Below, in pieces: positions 1 through 10,733 of a DNA stretch of 64,000 nt. The stretch's first letter is position 1; every line of letters starts with the position of its first letter. The DNA comes from Terriglobia bacterium (GTDB lineage Bacteria > Acidobacteriota > Terriglobia > 20CM-2-55-15): positions 32,001 to 96,000 of the forward strand of contig CBDAOY010000005.1 in assembly GCA_965198225.1 (NCBI GenBank), in the 5' to 3' direction. Below the pieces are notes generated by a model. That model saw only the letters and a list, made by a program, of their open reading frames with translations, was not told the DNA's origin and did not search any database. Position numbers and translations under genes: made by a program.

Positions 1-120
1 GGAATGATCGTCGGGATCGCTCTAGCCCTCGCCTCAGCCGTCGGGGCCTTCTACAATCTCGAAAAGATGCGATATGCCCGGATTCCCAAGAAAACCGCCA
101 TGAGGATGAAGAGGCGATGA
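1..120 (+). CDS. 3' end of a membrane protein (partial, runs off the window)
   Basis: Frame 1 is open from base 1 (GMIVGIALALASAVGAFYNLEK...KRR*). Its TGA overlaps the next ATG (ATGA at 117-120). Confidence 0.55.
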   Translation, partial: GMIVGIALALASAVGAFYNLEKMRYARIPKKTAMRMKRR

Positions 121-1004
121 GCACCCACCTGTCGCTCTTGGTTCTGGCGGCCGCGTTGCAGCAACCCCTGCCCCAGATCCTGAACACCCCGGGAGACTCC
201 ATCTCGCTCGAGTTCTACGAAGGGCTCGAAGGTCGGGTTTTCGACGACGCCCGGAGGCTCTACGAAGAAGAGCGCTACCGGGAGTCGGCGGACCGGTTCC
301 TGGAGCTCCACGCTGCGACCGGGCATCCCGTGGCTCTGTTCCTGGCCGGCAACTGTTTTTACCGATTGGACGATATCGATCGTTCGATCGAGCTCTACCT
401 CCGGGCAATGAGCCATGGCCTGGAGGGTATGCCCGACGTGCACTACAACCTGGCCAACGCCTACTACTCGAAGTACCGGCGTGAGGAAGCGATCTCCGAG
501 TTCAGGAGGGTGCTCGAACTGACTGACGACACCGACGCGATGGCTCACTACCACTTGGGTATTCTTCTCGATGGCGAAGGAGCCCACGACGAATCCATCG
601 TCCACTACCGTAAGACCGTCGAGCTGACCAACGACGGGGAGCCGCTGGCCCGACAACACCTCGGGGTCGCCTATTTCATGAACGGCGACTATGAGAATTC
701 GGCCCGGGAGTGGGAGATCTACATCCGGATGGTCCCGGATGACCCGGGGGGCTACCTCAACCATGGGATGGCGCTTCGATACGTCGGCCGGTTGGAACAG
801 GCGATCGAGCAGCTGAGGCGAGCGCTGGAGGAAAGCGGGGACAACCTAGCGCCGGCACACTACCAACTCGCACTCATCTACGCGGACCGCGAAGAATACA
901 CGCTCTCGGTCGAGCACTTCGAAGCCGCTATCGCACTAGGCCATGCAAGCCCGAAGCTGCTGGAAGAGTATGAGGCGGTCAAGAGGAAGGGACCGGGTCC
1001 GTAG
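117..1004 (+). CDS. Secreted tetratricopeptide repeat protein
   Basis: Signal-peptide-like N-terminus and multiple TPR motifs (HYNLANAY, AHYHLGIL, YLNHGMAL, AHYQLALIY). Confidence 0.9.
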   Translation: MSTHLSLLVLAAALQQPLPQILNTPGDSISLEFYEGLEGRVFDDARRLYEEERYRESADRFLELHAATGHPVALFLAGNCFYRLDDIDRSIELYLRAMSHGLEGMPDVHYNLANAYYSKYRREEAISEFRRVLELTDDTDAMAHYHLGILLDGEGAHDESIVHYRKTVELTNDGEPLARQHLGVAYFMNGDYENSAREWEIYIRMVPDDPGGYLNHGMALRYVGRLEQAIEQLRRALEESGDNLAPAHYQLALIYADREEYTLSVEHFEAAIALGHASPKLLEEYEAVKRKGPGP

Positions 1005-1025
1005 GCCGTTGACCGTAGGCCGTTA

Positions 1026-1068
1026 GCAGCCACCCCTGCCGGCAGCCGTGCTGCCGGCGGGTGGCTGC
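1026..1068. terminator. GC-rich hairpin between convergent genes
   Basis: GCAGCCACCC...GGGTGGCTGC arms enclose an inner GCCGGCAGC/GCTGCCGGC stem. No clear U-tract. Confidence 0.45.
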
Positions 1069-1101
1069 GCTAAAGGTGCAGACGGGGTGGTTCTTCCGAA
1101 G

Positions 1102-2268
1102 TCACTTCTTCGAAGGAACTTCCGGCTTAGTCTCGATGGGCACGGACTTAAAGGCCAGCGGTTTGACGGCGCGTCCGAGTTCGTAAACGGTCAGAACCAG
1201 CGCCAGGGCGTGGGCGAAGAACCAGAGTGGTGCAAACCACGTAGCGGCTCTCAGACGTCGCGAGTAGCAGAAGTAACTGGTCGCCATCAAGCTGTAGCTG
1301 AAGGCGGAAAAGTAGAGGATACCCAGGCTCGAAAACCCGGTCTGAGTGGAAAACATTCCAAAAAGTATGCCGACGACCGCCACGATCGAGATCGCGGCGT
1401 TGCCGAGCACGAAGGCCATGACGCGCCCGAAACTGAGCGATTCAGCGTCGAGCCCGGACATCAGAGACCGCACCGACGCTTCGCGCGCGATCCATCCGGA
1501 GCCGTCCCCCTGGAACGTCTTCAATCCTTCCGAGCGATAGCTCCAGATCGTCCAACCCGATTCATTGAGTATCCCCGGTAGTCGATTCAGACGATTGATC
1601 ACTGTGTGGGTGTGGCCGTGCAGGAGCAGAAACGGCTCGGTCAGGTTCATGCGCTTGCTCTTCTCTCTCCCGCGGTCCACAGCGCGGATCATTCGCACAA
1701 ACCACTCCAGCGAAGGTGCCAGCAACTTTTGCAGCAGGGAACGACACTCGATACCGGGCGACAGCGCAACCGCGGTGAGGTCCTCCGTACCGGCAAACTC
1801 GAGCGCCGATTCGACCGCAAACTGTTCCAGTACGACGTCGGAATCCAGCACCAGCATCCACGACCCCCGGACGCTCGCCTGGGCCTGGTCCAGGGCCCGG
1901 ATTCGATCGATTTCACTTTCGAGCCGGAACGAAACGGGAATCTGCTGGACGGGAATGTGCGAACGCATCGCTTGAAACTCCCGTGCCAGGCTTTCGTGCC
2001 GTCCGTCGTCTTCGTCGTAAACGATTAAGAGCTCGATAAACGGGTAGGACTGCTCGAGTATCGATTCCAGCGCCCGGCGGGAAACTGCTCCGGCTCCCCT
2101 GAGAGGCACCAGGACCGAGACCACCCCGTAGCTTCCCGAGGACCGGCGAACCGACAGGCGAGATCGGCGCGTCAGCGCAAACCAGCTTTCGAGGAAGATG
2201 ACGAGTGTGACCAGCGCTGAAAGCCAGCAGACAAACAGTAACGCGTACCCGACCGAGGCGCCAGTCAT
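1102..2268 (-). CDS. Membrane-bound glycosyltransferase family 2
   Basis: N-terminal TM helix, VSVLVP...ALESILEQSYP, DSD (DxD) motif, C-terminal TM helices. Confidence 0.85.
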   Translation of the reverse strand: MTGASVGYALLFVCWLSALVTLVIFLESWFALTRRSRLSVRRSSGSYGVVSVLVPLRGAGAVSRRALESILEQSYPFIELLIVYDEDDGRHESLAREFQAMRSHIPVQQIPVSFRLESEIDRIRALDQAQASVRGSWMLVLDSDVVLEQFAVESALEFAGTEDLTAVALSPGIECRSLLQKLLAPSLEWFVRMIRAVDRGREKSKRMNLTEPFLLLHGHTHTVINRLNRLPGILNESGWTIWSYRSEGLKTFQGDGSGWIAREASVRSLMSGLDAESLSFGRVMAFVLGNAAISIVAVVGILFGMFSTQTGFSSLGILYFSAFSYSLMATSYFCYSRRLRAATWFAPLWFFAHALALVLTVYELGRAVKPLAFKSVPIETKPEVPSKK

Positions 2269-2503
2269 GGATCCTTTCTAAATCCGGAGTCGGGCTCCTG
2301 TCAACAACGAAGGGCAAAAACTGGGTGGGCTGGTTCTGTTCTCAAAGTCGACAGGTCGAATGCGACAGACGAGCGGCGGTTGATCGCTCGTGGGATTTCA
2401 CGAACGTTTCCGGCGAATCATTGGGATCCGAGAAAGGCTCCAGGGGTCGGACAACGAATCCCATGATGAATGCCTCCAACGACAACCCCGGCAGGATGCC
2501 CGC

Positions 2504-5341
2504 TTACGATTTCCCCAGCAGGATGAACGGGGCCCAATAATAAGGATGCGGAAAGGATTCTTTGACGGCCCGAGCGGCCAGTTGCAGCGCCCGGGGCTTG
2601 GACAGGCCCTCTTCGAGCCCCTCGTAGAATCGCCTCATCAGCACGGTGGTTGAGCGATCGTTGACCCGCCACAGGCTGACCAGCAGCGAGGGCGTGCCCG
2701 CGTAGAGAAACCCTCGTGTCAGTCCCAGTAACTCGTCTCCCTCATAAAGTGCGCTCATACCAGTTTCACAGGCGCTCAACGTCGTTAGATCCGCTCCCAG
2801 CCGCAGGTTGAAGATATCGATCAAGCTAAGCCAGCTGTCGCCGAGACGAATCGAAGAGAACATCGGGTTATCGCTCCGGAAAACGCCGTGGGCGGCAATG
2901 TGGATTCTGCGGGCTGAGGGACCGTATTCCCGAAGGAGGTCTACCGTAGCATCCTCGCCGACGAACACACGCGCATTCGGGAGCAGCTGCTTCAACGTTT
3001 CGGCTTCGTCGAGAATCGCCGGCGTAGTTTCATCGGCAACGGCGAGGATGAGGTCTTCCGTTGCGTCGGGCGATTCCTTCTCACGGCAGATCTTCATCAC
3101 CGACGCGCTGGCGCTGTAGACGATGTCGTGGCAGTCGGCGACGTAGCCGGATCCATCGTAAAGCGCCTGGAACGGAACGTAGTGCAGCACGTCGTGCGGG
3201 ATGACGACCAGCGAGCGTCCGTCAATCCATTCCTGGAGAGGTTCGAGCAGCAGCTTGTGCAGCTCACGCAGATGATGTCGTGTCGCGCGCAGAAGGGTCC
3301 GTTCGTGGTGTTTCAGGTAGTCGGCGCTCAGATGAAACTTGGACAACTGGAAGTTGAGACCCTTCAAGCACGCGCGCACGGCGTCCTTCGTGGCCAGGTC
3401 GGCAACGAACTGGAATTCGTCCCTACCGATGACGAACGCACAGAACCGGTCGCCCACCGCGTAGTACTCGATCAGGATCTCGTCGGAGCCGAGCATTTCC
3501 TGGATCTCTTCGATTCCGGGCATTCCCATCGTCTCCAGCCTGGCCCAGTCTTCCTTCTCCGACCCCGCATCGCGGAGCAGTGACATCAGCTCCTGTTCCC
3601 GCCGGGTGATCTCCTGCTGGGTCGCCTGATCGGAGCGCAGCGAGCTGACGGTCGTGCCGGCCTGGGACAACCGGCTGTAGAGCGCATTGAGATCCCGTCG
3701 CACTTTCTCGATCTCCGCGCGCTTCGAGCCGGAGCCGTTCGAGCCCCACATGGTGTCCAGGTTGCGCTCGAGCAGATCCATCAGCGTGCGCGACTTGGAT
3801 CGTTCCACGAATTGAAATGCCTCGACCGCGGCGTCGGTCCGGATCTTGAGGTCGACGAGGTTTTCGTAGACCTGATACTTGTCCCGCCCGAATGACATGC
3901 GGAACTCGTCGAGCTGGATGTTCCCGCGGAGCGATTCCATCTCGTCGATCGCCTTCAGGTACAGCCGTTCGGCTTCATCCAGAGCGCCGTTGGCAGACTG
4001 GAGCCTACCCAGGAGGTCGTAACACTGGTAGGACACCCAGGTTGCGTGATAGCCCTCGAGTTGCTCCAGGGCTCTTTGAGCCTGTTTCAGAGCTTCTGGC
4101 CGACGGCCGTCCGCGACGAGAATATCGGCCGCCACGGTCCGCGCGTAGGCTCCGCGAACGGCAAGTTCCTGGACCTCGAAGGCTTCAGCTGCGGAAAGGG
4201 CGAGCTTCCGGGCTTCTGGAAACTGCCGCTGCTTGTAGCACAGTTTCGCCAGCTGCAGATCGACGGCCGCCGTGGACACTTCGTTGCCCTCTTCGCGGAA
4301 TAGCTTCCTGGCTCTGCGGAATGTTTCCTCCGCCGCGCGGCTATCTTCCCTCTCCGCGTGCGCGATTCCGACCAACTCCAGGCACTTCGCCGCGTCGAGC
4401 ATGCTGGATTGTCGTTCGAAGGTCGCATGCGCCCTCTCGGCCAGATCCGCAGCTTCCTCGGCGAGGTTCAGCTGTAGATAGATTTCGGCGCGGGCCCTGT
4501 CGCAGATTGCGACCTGACGATCATTGGACGATTCTTCCCACCGAAGCCGGACCTTCTCGCGAATCCGGAGTGCCTCAGAGTAGTTACCGCGCTTGAAATG
4601 CAGCTCCGCCATATCTCCCTCCAAACCGGCCAGAAGGGGGACTAGGCCGTGCTGTTCGCAGCATTCCCGGGCGATTTCATAGGCCTGCATGGCCTCGTCG
4701 AATCGATTCAGCTCGACCAGCGCCTGCCCGCGATTGTGATGCGCGGTGGCGACCACGACGTAGTCGTCGCTATCCCCGATCTTCTCCAACATCTCGTCGT
4801 ACAGCGCCAGCTGATCGGCAAACCGATTCAGGCGGTAGAAGGTACCCCCCAGTGCGAAGTACACCCGTGGCAGATACTCGGTGTCCCCGGCCTCCTCGAG
4901 CAGCTCCCGGGCTCGCGCGGCAAGTTCCTGGGCCTTCTCGTATTCGCTGAGATAGTTCAGGTTATAGGCCTGGAAGCACATCGTCCGTCCCAGCTCCCGC
5001 ATGGCCCCTGCCTCCGTAAATGCCTGTCCGGCCTTCTCGTAGAACGGTTTCGCCTCCGCAGCCTTCTTCAGATTTGTAAAAGCAAACGCCTTACACTTGT
5101 ACGCATACCCCCAGGCCAGAGGAGTATCGAGCCGGGCCGCCAGTTCCAGGTTCGACTCGGCGAGGGCTTCCGCCAGCGGGGGGTCTTTCAGGAGCAGTTG
5201 ACGGATGCGCTCGCTCAGCTCCTCGACCAGTTCCTGGGAGGGGGGGGAGTCGGATTCCGAGATGAACGCACGTTGGCCGGCGACATCACGAATCTGGATC
5301 AGACGGTCTACGAATTCACGGGCTGGGGAAGAAATCGCCAT
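2504..5341 (-). CDS. Cytoplasmic TPR-CHAT (caspase-like) protease
   Basis: Long TPR region followed by CHAT motifs ERSKSRTL, PHDVLHYVPF, IHIAAHG (catalytic His), LSACETG (catalytic Cys), SLWRVND, HPYYWAPF. Confidence 0.93.
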   Translation of the reverse strand: MAISSPAREFVDRLIQIRDVAGQRAFISESDSPPSQELVEELSERIRQLLLKDPPLAEALAESNLELAARLDTPLAWGYAYKCKAFAFTNLKKAAEAKPFYEKAGQAFTEAGAMRELGRTMCFQAYNLNYLSEYEKAQELAARARELLEEAGDTEYLPRVYFALGGTFYRLNRFADQLALYDEMLEKIGDSDDYVVVATAHHNRGQALVELNRFDEAMQAYEIARECCEQHGLVPLLAGLEGDMAELHFKRGNYSEALRIREKVRLRWEESSNDRQVAICDRARAEIYLQLNLAEEAADLAERAHATFERQSSMLDAAKCLELVGIAHAEREDSRAAEETFRRARKLFREEGNEVSTAAVDLQLAKLCYKQRQFPEARKLALSAAEAFEVQELAVRGAYARTVAADILVADGRRPEALKQAQRALEQLEGYHATWVSYQCYDLLGRLQSANGALDEAERLYLKAIDEMESLRGNIQLDEFRMSFGRDKYQVYENLVDLKIRTDAAVEAFQFVERSKSRTLMDLLERNLDTMWGSNGSGSKRAEIEKVRRDLNALYSRLSQAGTTVSSLRSDQATQQEITRREQELMSLLRDAGSEKEDWARLETMGMPGIEEIQEMLGSDEILIEYYAVGDRFCAFVIGRDEFQFVADLATKDAVRACLKGLNFQLSKFHLSADYLKHHERTLLRATRHHLRELHKLLLEPLQEWIDGRSLVVIPHDVLHYVPFQALYDGSGYVADCHDIVYSASASVMKICREKESPDATEDLILAVADETTPAILDEAETLKQLLPNARVFVGEDATVDLLREYGPSARRIHIAAHGVFRSDNPMFSSIRLGDSWLSLIDIFNLRLGADLTTLSACETGMSALYEGDELLGLTRGFLYAGTPSLLVSLWRVNDRSTTVLMRRFYEGLEEGLSKPRALQLAARAVKESFPHPYYWAPFILLGKS

Positions 5342-5581
5342 TCCTACGCTTCCTACGTACTGGCACGCTACTCGCTGCCGAAGGGCATACCCGGCCCGAG
5401 TCTGCCGGGCAAACTTCAGTCAACTGACTTTGTACACACAACAGGGTCTACCTGACTTGTCCGGCAGGTGTATCTATGAATGATAGCGTATCGGCCTGGT
5501 CGAATGAAAACTGCCCGCAAGTGCGTGTGCGTCGCTTGATCGGCAAAGGGCCGGTACGATCCGGGGCGCTTCCGACTCGAT

Positions 5582-6208
5582 CTAGCGGTAGTAGTGGCGG
5601 AGGCGCTGGTACAACCCGGCTGTCGCCTTGCAGTCCGCCAGGCAGTAGTGGGCGATCTCGTCCAGGCGACCCTGCTTGAAGTAGTCTCCGACCTTGCTGC
5701 CGTCGATGCCGTCCTTCGGAGACGGCACACCGAAAATCTCGCAGAAGAATTCCAGTGTGCCCTTCCGGTAACGATCGTAGTTGGTCAGGGCCTCGCGCAC
5801 ATCAAAGTGCCGATCCGTGGAAAAACGGCGCGTGTCGAGCATGATATCCCGCGGTACGGGAACTTCGAGTATTGCGCTGCGGACCTTGATGTAGGGAAAG
5901 TCGAACGACTTTCCGTTGAAGGTCACGAAACGGCTGGGACGAATCTGACCCAGGTCGGACCAGAAGTTGGCCAGAAGCTCTCGCTCGTCGCTCTGGCAGT
6001 AGGCTCGAGATCGATCAACCTCGAGCCAATAGACCCCGATGCAGATTATGCGGCCGGTGGAGGGGTCCAGTCCAAGGCTATCCAGCACGCGTTGACGCTC
6101 CTCATCGTCCTCGGTGGGAAGCAGTATTTCCAGGGCTCGCGGCGGGATACTGTCGACGTCCTGCCCCACGGTCTCAATGTCGACGATCAGGGTGTTGGGA
6201 TTGGCCAT
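5582..6208 (-). CDS. PolB-like 3'-5' exonuclease (RNase H-like, DEDD)
   Basis: ExoI VDIET, ExoII TFNGKSFDFPY, ExoIII YCLAD. Confidence 0.88.
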   Translation of the reverse strand: MANPNTLIVDIETVGQDVDSIPPRALEILLPTEDDEERQRVLDSLGLDPSTGRIICIGVYWLEVDRSRAYCQSDERELLANFWSDLGQIRPSRFVTFNGKSFDFPYIKVRSAILEVPVPRDIMLDTRRFSTDRHFDVREALTNYDRYRKGTLEFFCEIFGVPSPKDGIDGSKVGDYFKQGRLDEIAHYCLADCKATAGLYQRLRHYYR

Positions 6209-6280
6209 CGAAACGATGCTAACGAGGCCACAGGACAGATCAGGTCGGCAGGGTCCGGGGTTGAGCTGAAGTGGTTAGTG

Positions 6281-7024
6281 CTACATCCGGACGGTCATGC
6301 CGCCATCGACCGTTATGACTTGGCCAGTGATGTAGTTGTCGGGTTCCAGGAACATCTCTATCGCACGAGCCACGTCATCGGCACGCCCAAGGCGGGTGAT
6401 CACGTCCTTCTCGATGAACGGATCGTACTTGCCGCTGGCGACGCTCTTCTGGGCCATCCCGGCCGACGTCACGCCCGGCGCGACCACATTCACGCGAATG
6501 CGATCCGATCCACCCCACTGCTTTGCCAGGATGCGGGCCGAATGAACCAGCGCTGCTTTGGGCGCCGCATACGCGGTGCTGCCCGGAAAGACCCCGATCG
6601 CCTGCATGGTCGAAACGAAAACGATGCTGGCGTCGTCACCGGCAGCCGCGGCGGCGAAATCGCGAGCCAGGAGGATCGGGGCGACAAAATTGATTCGCAT
6701 CGAAGCGAGCAGGTCCTCGGCCGTCGCCGTCTCGACCGGTACGCGGGCCGGTTCTCCGACAAGTGGGACCAACCCGTACGGCTGTCCCGACGAGCGGGCA
6801 GCTTCGATCAATCGCCCCCGCGTCTCGGAAACGAGAACATCACCAACGACGAGCGGGGCGGAGATCCCGTGCCGCTCCCAGATGTCGAAAGCGAGCCGCT
6901 CTCCGCGCGCTCGATCGCTCGAACATCCGATCACGGGAATCGCCCCGCGCGAGGCAAGCCTCAGAGCAAGCGCTGAACCCAATCCACCGGATCCACCCGC
7001 CAGAATGACGGTTTTGGATTTCAC
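6281..7024 (-). CDS. Short-chain dehydrogenase/reductase
   Basis: GGSGGLG Rossmann motif, YAAPK (YxxxK), RVNVVAPG, ITGQVITVDGG. Confidence 0.92.
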   Translation of the reverse strand: MKSKTVILAGGSGGLGSALALRLASRGAIPVIGCSSDRARGERLAFDIWERHGISAPLVVGDVLVSETRGRLIEAARSSGQPYGLVPLVGEPARVPVETATAEDLLASMRINFVAPILLARDFAAAAAGDDASIVFVSTMQAIGVFPGSTAYAAPKAALVHSARILAKQWGGSDRIRVNVVAPGVTSAGMAQKSVASGKYDPFIEKDVITRLGRADDVARAIEMFLEPDNYITGQVITVDGGMTVRM

Positions 7025-7034
7025 AAACGTTCTC

Positions 7035-8564
7035 TCACAAACGCATCAACACCGACGCGACGTACCTCGGGTCCACTTTCTGGCCGATCAGAGGCTCCAG
7101 TTCCCCGTGCAAGTCCTTCAACCAGTCCGCCGCGATCGGCCGGAGCTCATCGGGCAGATCCAGTTCGGGAAACTCGATCCCGTCAGACAGGAAACTCTCC
7201 AGGTCCTCGCGGTTCAACGCGGTCGGCTCAAATTCGCCTGAGAGGGCTTGCCGGATGACGGCGGTGTTGAAAGCCTTCCGGAGAGTCGTTTCAGTCGACG
7301 CAAGAATCGGCAAGAAGCCATGCACCATGGTGCGAAGCCGGTCCAGGCGAACCGACGCATCCCGGACGTCGGTGAGACTCTCGAAGTTTCTGTACTGCTT
7401 ACCATCCCATAGTAAAGGCTTGAACCGGCGGAGGCCGGTCAGGAACTCTTGATCGGGGCTCTCGAACAACTCGGCTGAAAAGGCCGGAAACTGCGCCAGT
7501 TTGTCGGCCTGGTCCCGGAGACGCGCCAGTTGGTCGAACCCGGCCTTGAAGACGGTCTGGACGTGGTTCGTTGTGAAGGCCAGTGCGGCCGATTCCAGGT
7601 CCTGCCCCGACAGCGTCTCCAACCCGATGGTCAAAAATGCGCGCATCTCTCCGAGTGCGTTCCGAATGCTGTCGACGTCCCCGAGATTCACCAGGTTCGC
7701 CGACAGGATGCGATTCCCCAGGGCGGTCAGCTCGTCGGCCAGGCGCTCAGACTCCCCCGGCCCCACGTTGCCGAGCGCGCTGAGCAGAAATCCTCCTCCC
7801 GCCAGCGAGTCGGCAAAGACCGTCGGCAACCGCTGCGGCGGTTCCTCGCCCGGAATCTCTTCATCGGCATCGTCGTCACGCGGCACCGCCACCGTCTCGC
7901 TGGGTTCCGGACCCGCGTAGATCGACAGCGCCTCGTAGTAATCGACAAAACCGTGAACGTCGAGACGACGGGTCTTGTTCTGGTAAGCCGTCTCCTCCAG
8001 ATCGGTTCGAGTCGTGTACCGGATCAGACACAAGATGCTGTAGGCCAGGTCCGGCATGAAGCGGAAGAGAGCGTCGAGGATCAGCGAGGCGATGGTGGAA
8101 ACGTCGCCGGTCTCAATCTGTTGGACCGCAAAACGCTGATCCGGGGAATAAACGAGTTCGGTGGCGGGGGGTGGCTCATCTCGCTCGATCTCGTAGACCT
8201 CGATCAGATCCTTCAAAAACAGCGCGACGACGTACTCATCTATTCCCTCGAGTGCCCGAACTGTGCCCTCTGGACCTGTCTGGATGAACGCTGCAACCCA
8301 CTCCATGAAGGGCTTGCGGGCGAATGAGTCCTTACGCCAACAGTCCAGGTCCACGAAGGCGGAGACCTGACGCTCGCTGGCGAGGGCCAACAACTCCAGG
8401 GAATCGGCCAGGCCCAGGGTCTTAATCGTGAAGAAGACCTGCTCGAACGAGGAATCGCGGACCGTCCTCAACGCGTCGGGCAAGGAGAGAAACTCTTCCA
8501 GCTGTTGCTTGTTCTGGATCCGGAGCGTGGAGCCTATAAGTGGGTTCAGGACATCTTCGGTCAT
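7035..8564 (-). CDS. Conserved hypothetical protein (DUF6178-like)
   Basis: 509-aa ORF with DLDCW and RLDVHGFVDYYEALSIY motifs that I recall from DUF6178. Confidence 0.65.
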   Translation of the reverse strand: MTEDVLNPLIGSTLRIQNKQQLEEFLSLPDALRTVRDSSFEQVFFTIKTLGLADSLELLALASERQVSAFVDLDCWRKDSFARKPFMEWVAAFIQTGPEGTVRALEGIDEYVVALFLKDLIEVYEIERDEPPPATELVYSPDQRFAVQQIETGDVSTIASLILDALFRFMPDLAYSILCLIRYTTRTDLEETAYQNKTRRLDVHGFVDYYEALSIYAGPEPSETVAVPRDDDADEEIPGEEPPQRLPTVFADSLAGGGFLLSALGNVGPGESERLADELTALGNRILSANLVNLGDVDSIRNALGEMRAFLTIGLETLSGQDLESAALAFTTNHVQTVFKAGFDQLARLRDQADKLAQFPAFSAELFESPDQEFLTGLRRFKPLLWDGKQYRNFESLTDVRDASVRLDRLRTMVHGFLPILASTETTLRKAFNTAVIRQALSGEFEPTALNREDLESFLSDGIEFPELDLPDELRPIAADWLKDLHGELEPLIGQKVDPRYVASVLMRL

Positions 8565-8759
8565 CCGGGTCAGGGTAACACGCGGGGTCGGTTAACCGTA
8601 GGCCGTAGACCGTTAGTCGGCTCGGTTGAATCTCCTGATGATTTGTCCCATTTGTCACTTGCCGCTTGTCTCCGACTTACCGTGAGCCGAGGGTTGGCAA
8701 CTGACTACTGACTACCGACTACGGACTACTTCCTCAACACCCGCATATAATGGGCATCG

Positions 8760-10706
8760 GTGGAACTAGAAGGACGCATCGTCGAGTTTCTCGATTCGGG
8801 GACGCTGAGCGTGGGATACGTGCGGAAGCACGACCGCAGCAAGGTCCAGATCGTCGACCGTCGAGGCCGTCAATCCAGTGTGCCATCATCTCGTGTCGCC
8901 ATCGTTCACCAAGCCCTGTCCGAAGCCGAGTTTCCCGAGGCCGCCGACCTACTTCTCGAACAGGTTGAAGAATACCGCGGCGAGATCGACGTGGAGCTGC
9001 TCTGGGAGTCCATCAATTCTGAATCTCGGGACTTTTCCCTCCGGGAATTGGCCGAGGCCTATTTCGGCGAGACCTCACCCGCTGCCGAAGCGGCCCTCTT
9101 TCGAGAACTGGAACGGGCGCCTTTGTTCTTCAAGCTGAAAAGCGCCCAATTCCAGCCGAGATCCGAGGAACAGGTCGCAAGGGAACGGCTTCGCAAAGAG
9201 CGGGAGCAGAAACGGCAGGACTTTCGGAAACGGGCGGAGGAATTGCTCCGCAGCGCCCTGAGAAACCCGGTATCTCCCGACGGCCCGTTCCAGACGGAGG
9301 TGCTGGACCGATTGGACGCGTGGCTGCGCCATCGCCGCAAGGATGAAGTCGGAGAGATCCTGGAGCGGATCACGAGTCCTTCAAAGGCACGGTCGCGGGC
9401 CTATGAGATTCTGCTCGGGGCGGGAAGAATCCGCGCCGACGAGGACCGGTTTCTGCTGATTCGAGGCATCCATCCGGAATTTCCGCCCGACACCCTCGCC
9501 ACGTGCGCTGCCCTGTCCTGGTCGGAAGCCGACCAGGACCGCCTGGATCTGACCTCCCTTGCGGCTATCGCGATCGACGATGAGGACACCCTTGAAGTGG
9601 ACGATGCCATTACCGTTCAGGAGATCGCCGGCGAAACCGTATTAGGTGTTCACATTGCCGACGTGTCCACTTTCGTCCGGAAGGGTGATCCGCTGCTTCG
9701 GGAGGCCTACAGGCGGTCGGCAACCATATACCTGCCGAATATCTCGGTCATGATGTTCCCGGAACGATTGGCCACGGATCTGGCGAGCCTCGTCCAGGGG
9801 TCTCCCCGCCCCGCCTTCACCTTCGAAGCCCGGTTTGACGGCGAAAACGTCCTGTCCGGGTATCGGATCCGGCGGAGCGTGATACGGGTCTCCGAACGCC
9901 TGTCCTACGGGGAAGCGGATAGGGCGCTCAGAGAGGGCCATTCCGGCCTGGTCCGGCTTCATGGCATCGCGATGAGCCTGCTCGCGATGCGGCAGGACAT
10001 GGGAGCCCAGATCCACCGTCGTCCGGAACTCAAGGTTCGTGTGCGTGGCGACGAGATATCCGTGAGGCAGATCGACACGAACTCTCCAACTCGTCAACTC
10101 GTGAGTGAAATGATGATCCTCGCCAACCGCCTGGCAGCCGACCAGGCGACCGCTTCGAGAATCCCGATCATCTTCCGAACGCAGGAGCCACCTGATTCGG
10201 TGCCCGAGGATCTGGAGGACATGCCCGAGCCACTCCAGTTCGACCAGAGGCGGAGGAGCTTCAAGCGGTCACGCCTGTCCTTAACACCGGGTGAGCATTC
10301 AGGGCTCGGGCTGAGGGCCTACACTCAGGTTTCTTCGCCGATTCGACGGTATGCGGATCTGGTGACGCAGCTCCAGTTCGCCTCGGCCCTGGCGGGCGAG
10401 CCGTTTCCTTACGACAGCGAAGAGCTGCTTCGGATCCTCACAACCGCGGAATCGGCAGAACTCGAGAACCGCCGGTTGGAGCAAGAATCGACAACCTACT
10501 GGGTTCTGAAATACCTTGCACGCGAAGAGATGAACCGTCCCCTTCCCGCGCTCCTCCTCGATCGCAAGGGAAATGTGGAGTTGACCGACTATCTCGTGCG
10601 AGGAAAGGCTTCCGACAAACATCAGCGGCAGCCGGGCGAGAGCACGATGGTGGAAATAGAATCGATCGACCTGGAACGCCAGGAAATCCGATTCCGATCG
10701 GCCTGA
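8760..10706 (+). CDS. RNase II/R family exoribonuclease (RNB domain)
   Basis: IDDEDTLEVDDA catalytic motif, HIADVS, EMMILAN, HSGLGLRAYTQVSSPIRRYADL. Confidence 0.93.
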   Translation: MELEGRIVEFLDSGTLSVGYVRKHDRSKVQIVDRRGRQSSVPSSRVAIVHQALSEAEFPEAADLLLEQVEEYRGEIDVELLWESINSESRDFSLRELAEAYFGETSPAAEAALFRELERAPLFFKLKSAQFQPRSEEQVARERLRKEREQKRQDFRKRAEELLRSALRNPVSPDGPFQTEVLDRLDAWLRHRRKDEVGEILERITSPSKARSRAYEILLGAGRIRADEDRFLLIRGIHPEFPPDTLATCAALSWSEADQDRLDLTSLAAIAIDDEDTLEVDDAITVQEIAGETVLGVHIADVSTFVRKGDPLLREAYRRSATIYLPNISVMMFPERLATDLASLVQGSPRPAFTFEARFDGENVLSGYRIRRSVIRVSERLSYGEADRALREGHSGLVRLHGIAMSLLAMRQDMGAQIHRRPELKVRVRGDEISVRQIDTNSPTRQLVSEMMILANRLAADQATASRIPIIFRTQEPPDSVPEDLEDMPEPLQFDQRRRSFKRSRLSLTPGEHSGLGLRAYTQVSSPIRRYADLVTQLQFASALAGEPFPYDSEELLRILTTAESAELENRRLEQESTTYWVLKYLAREEMNRPLPALLLDRKGNVELTDYLVRGKASDKHQRQPGESTMVEIESIDLERQEIRFRSA

Positions 10707-10733
10707 AAGCGGCCGATCATCGAGAAACGACCC

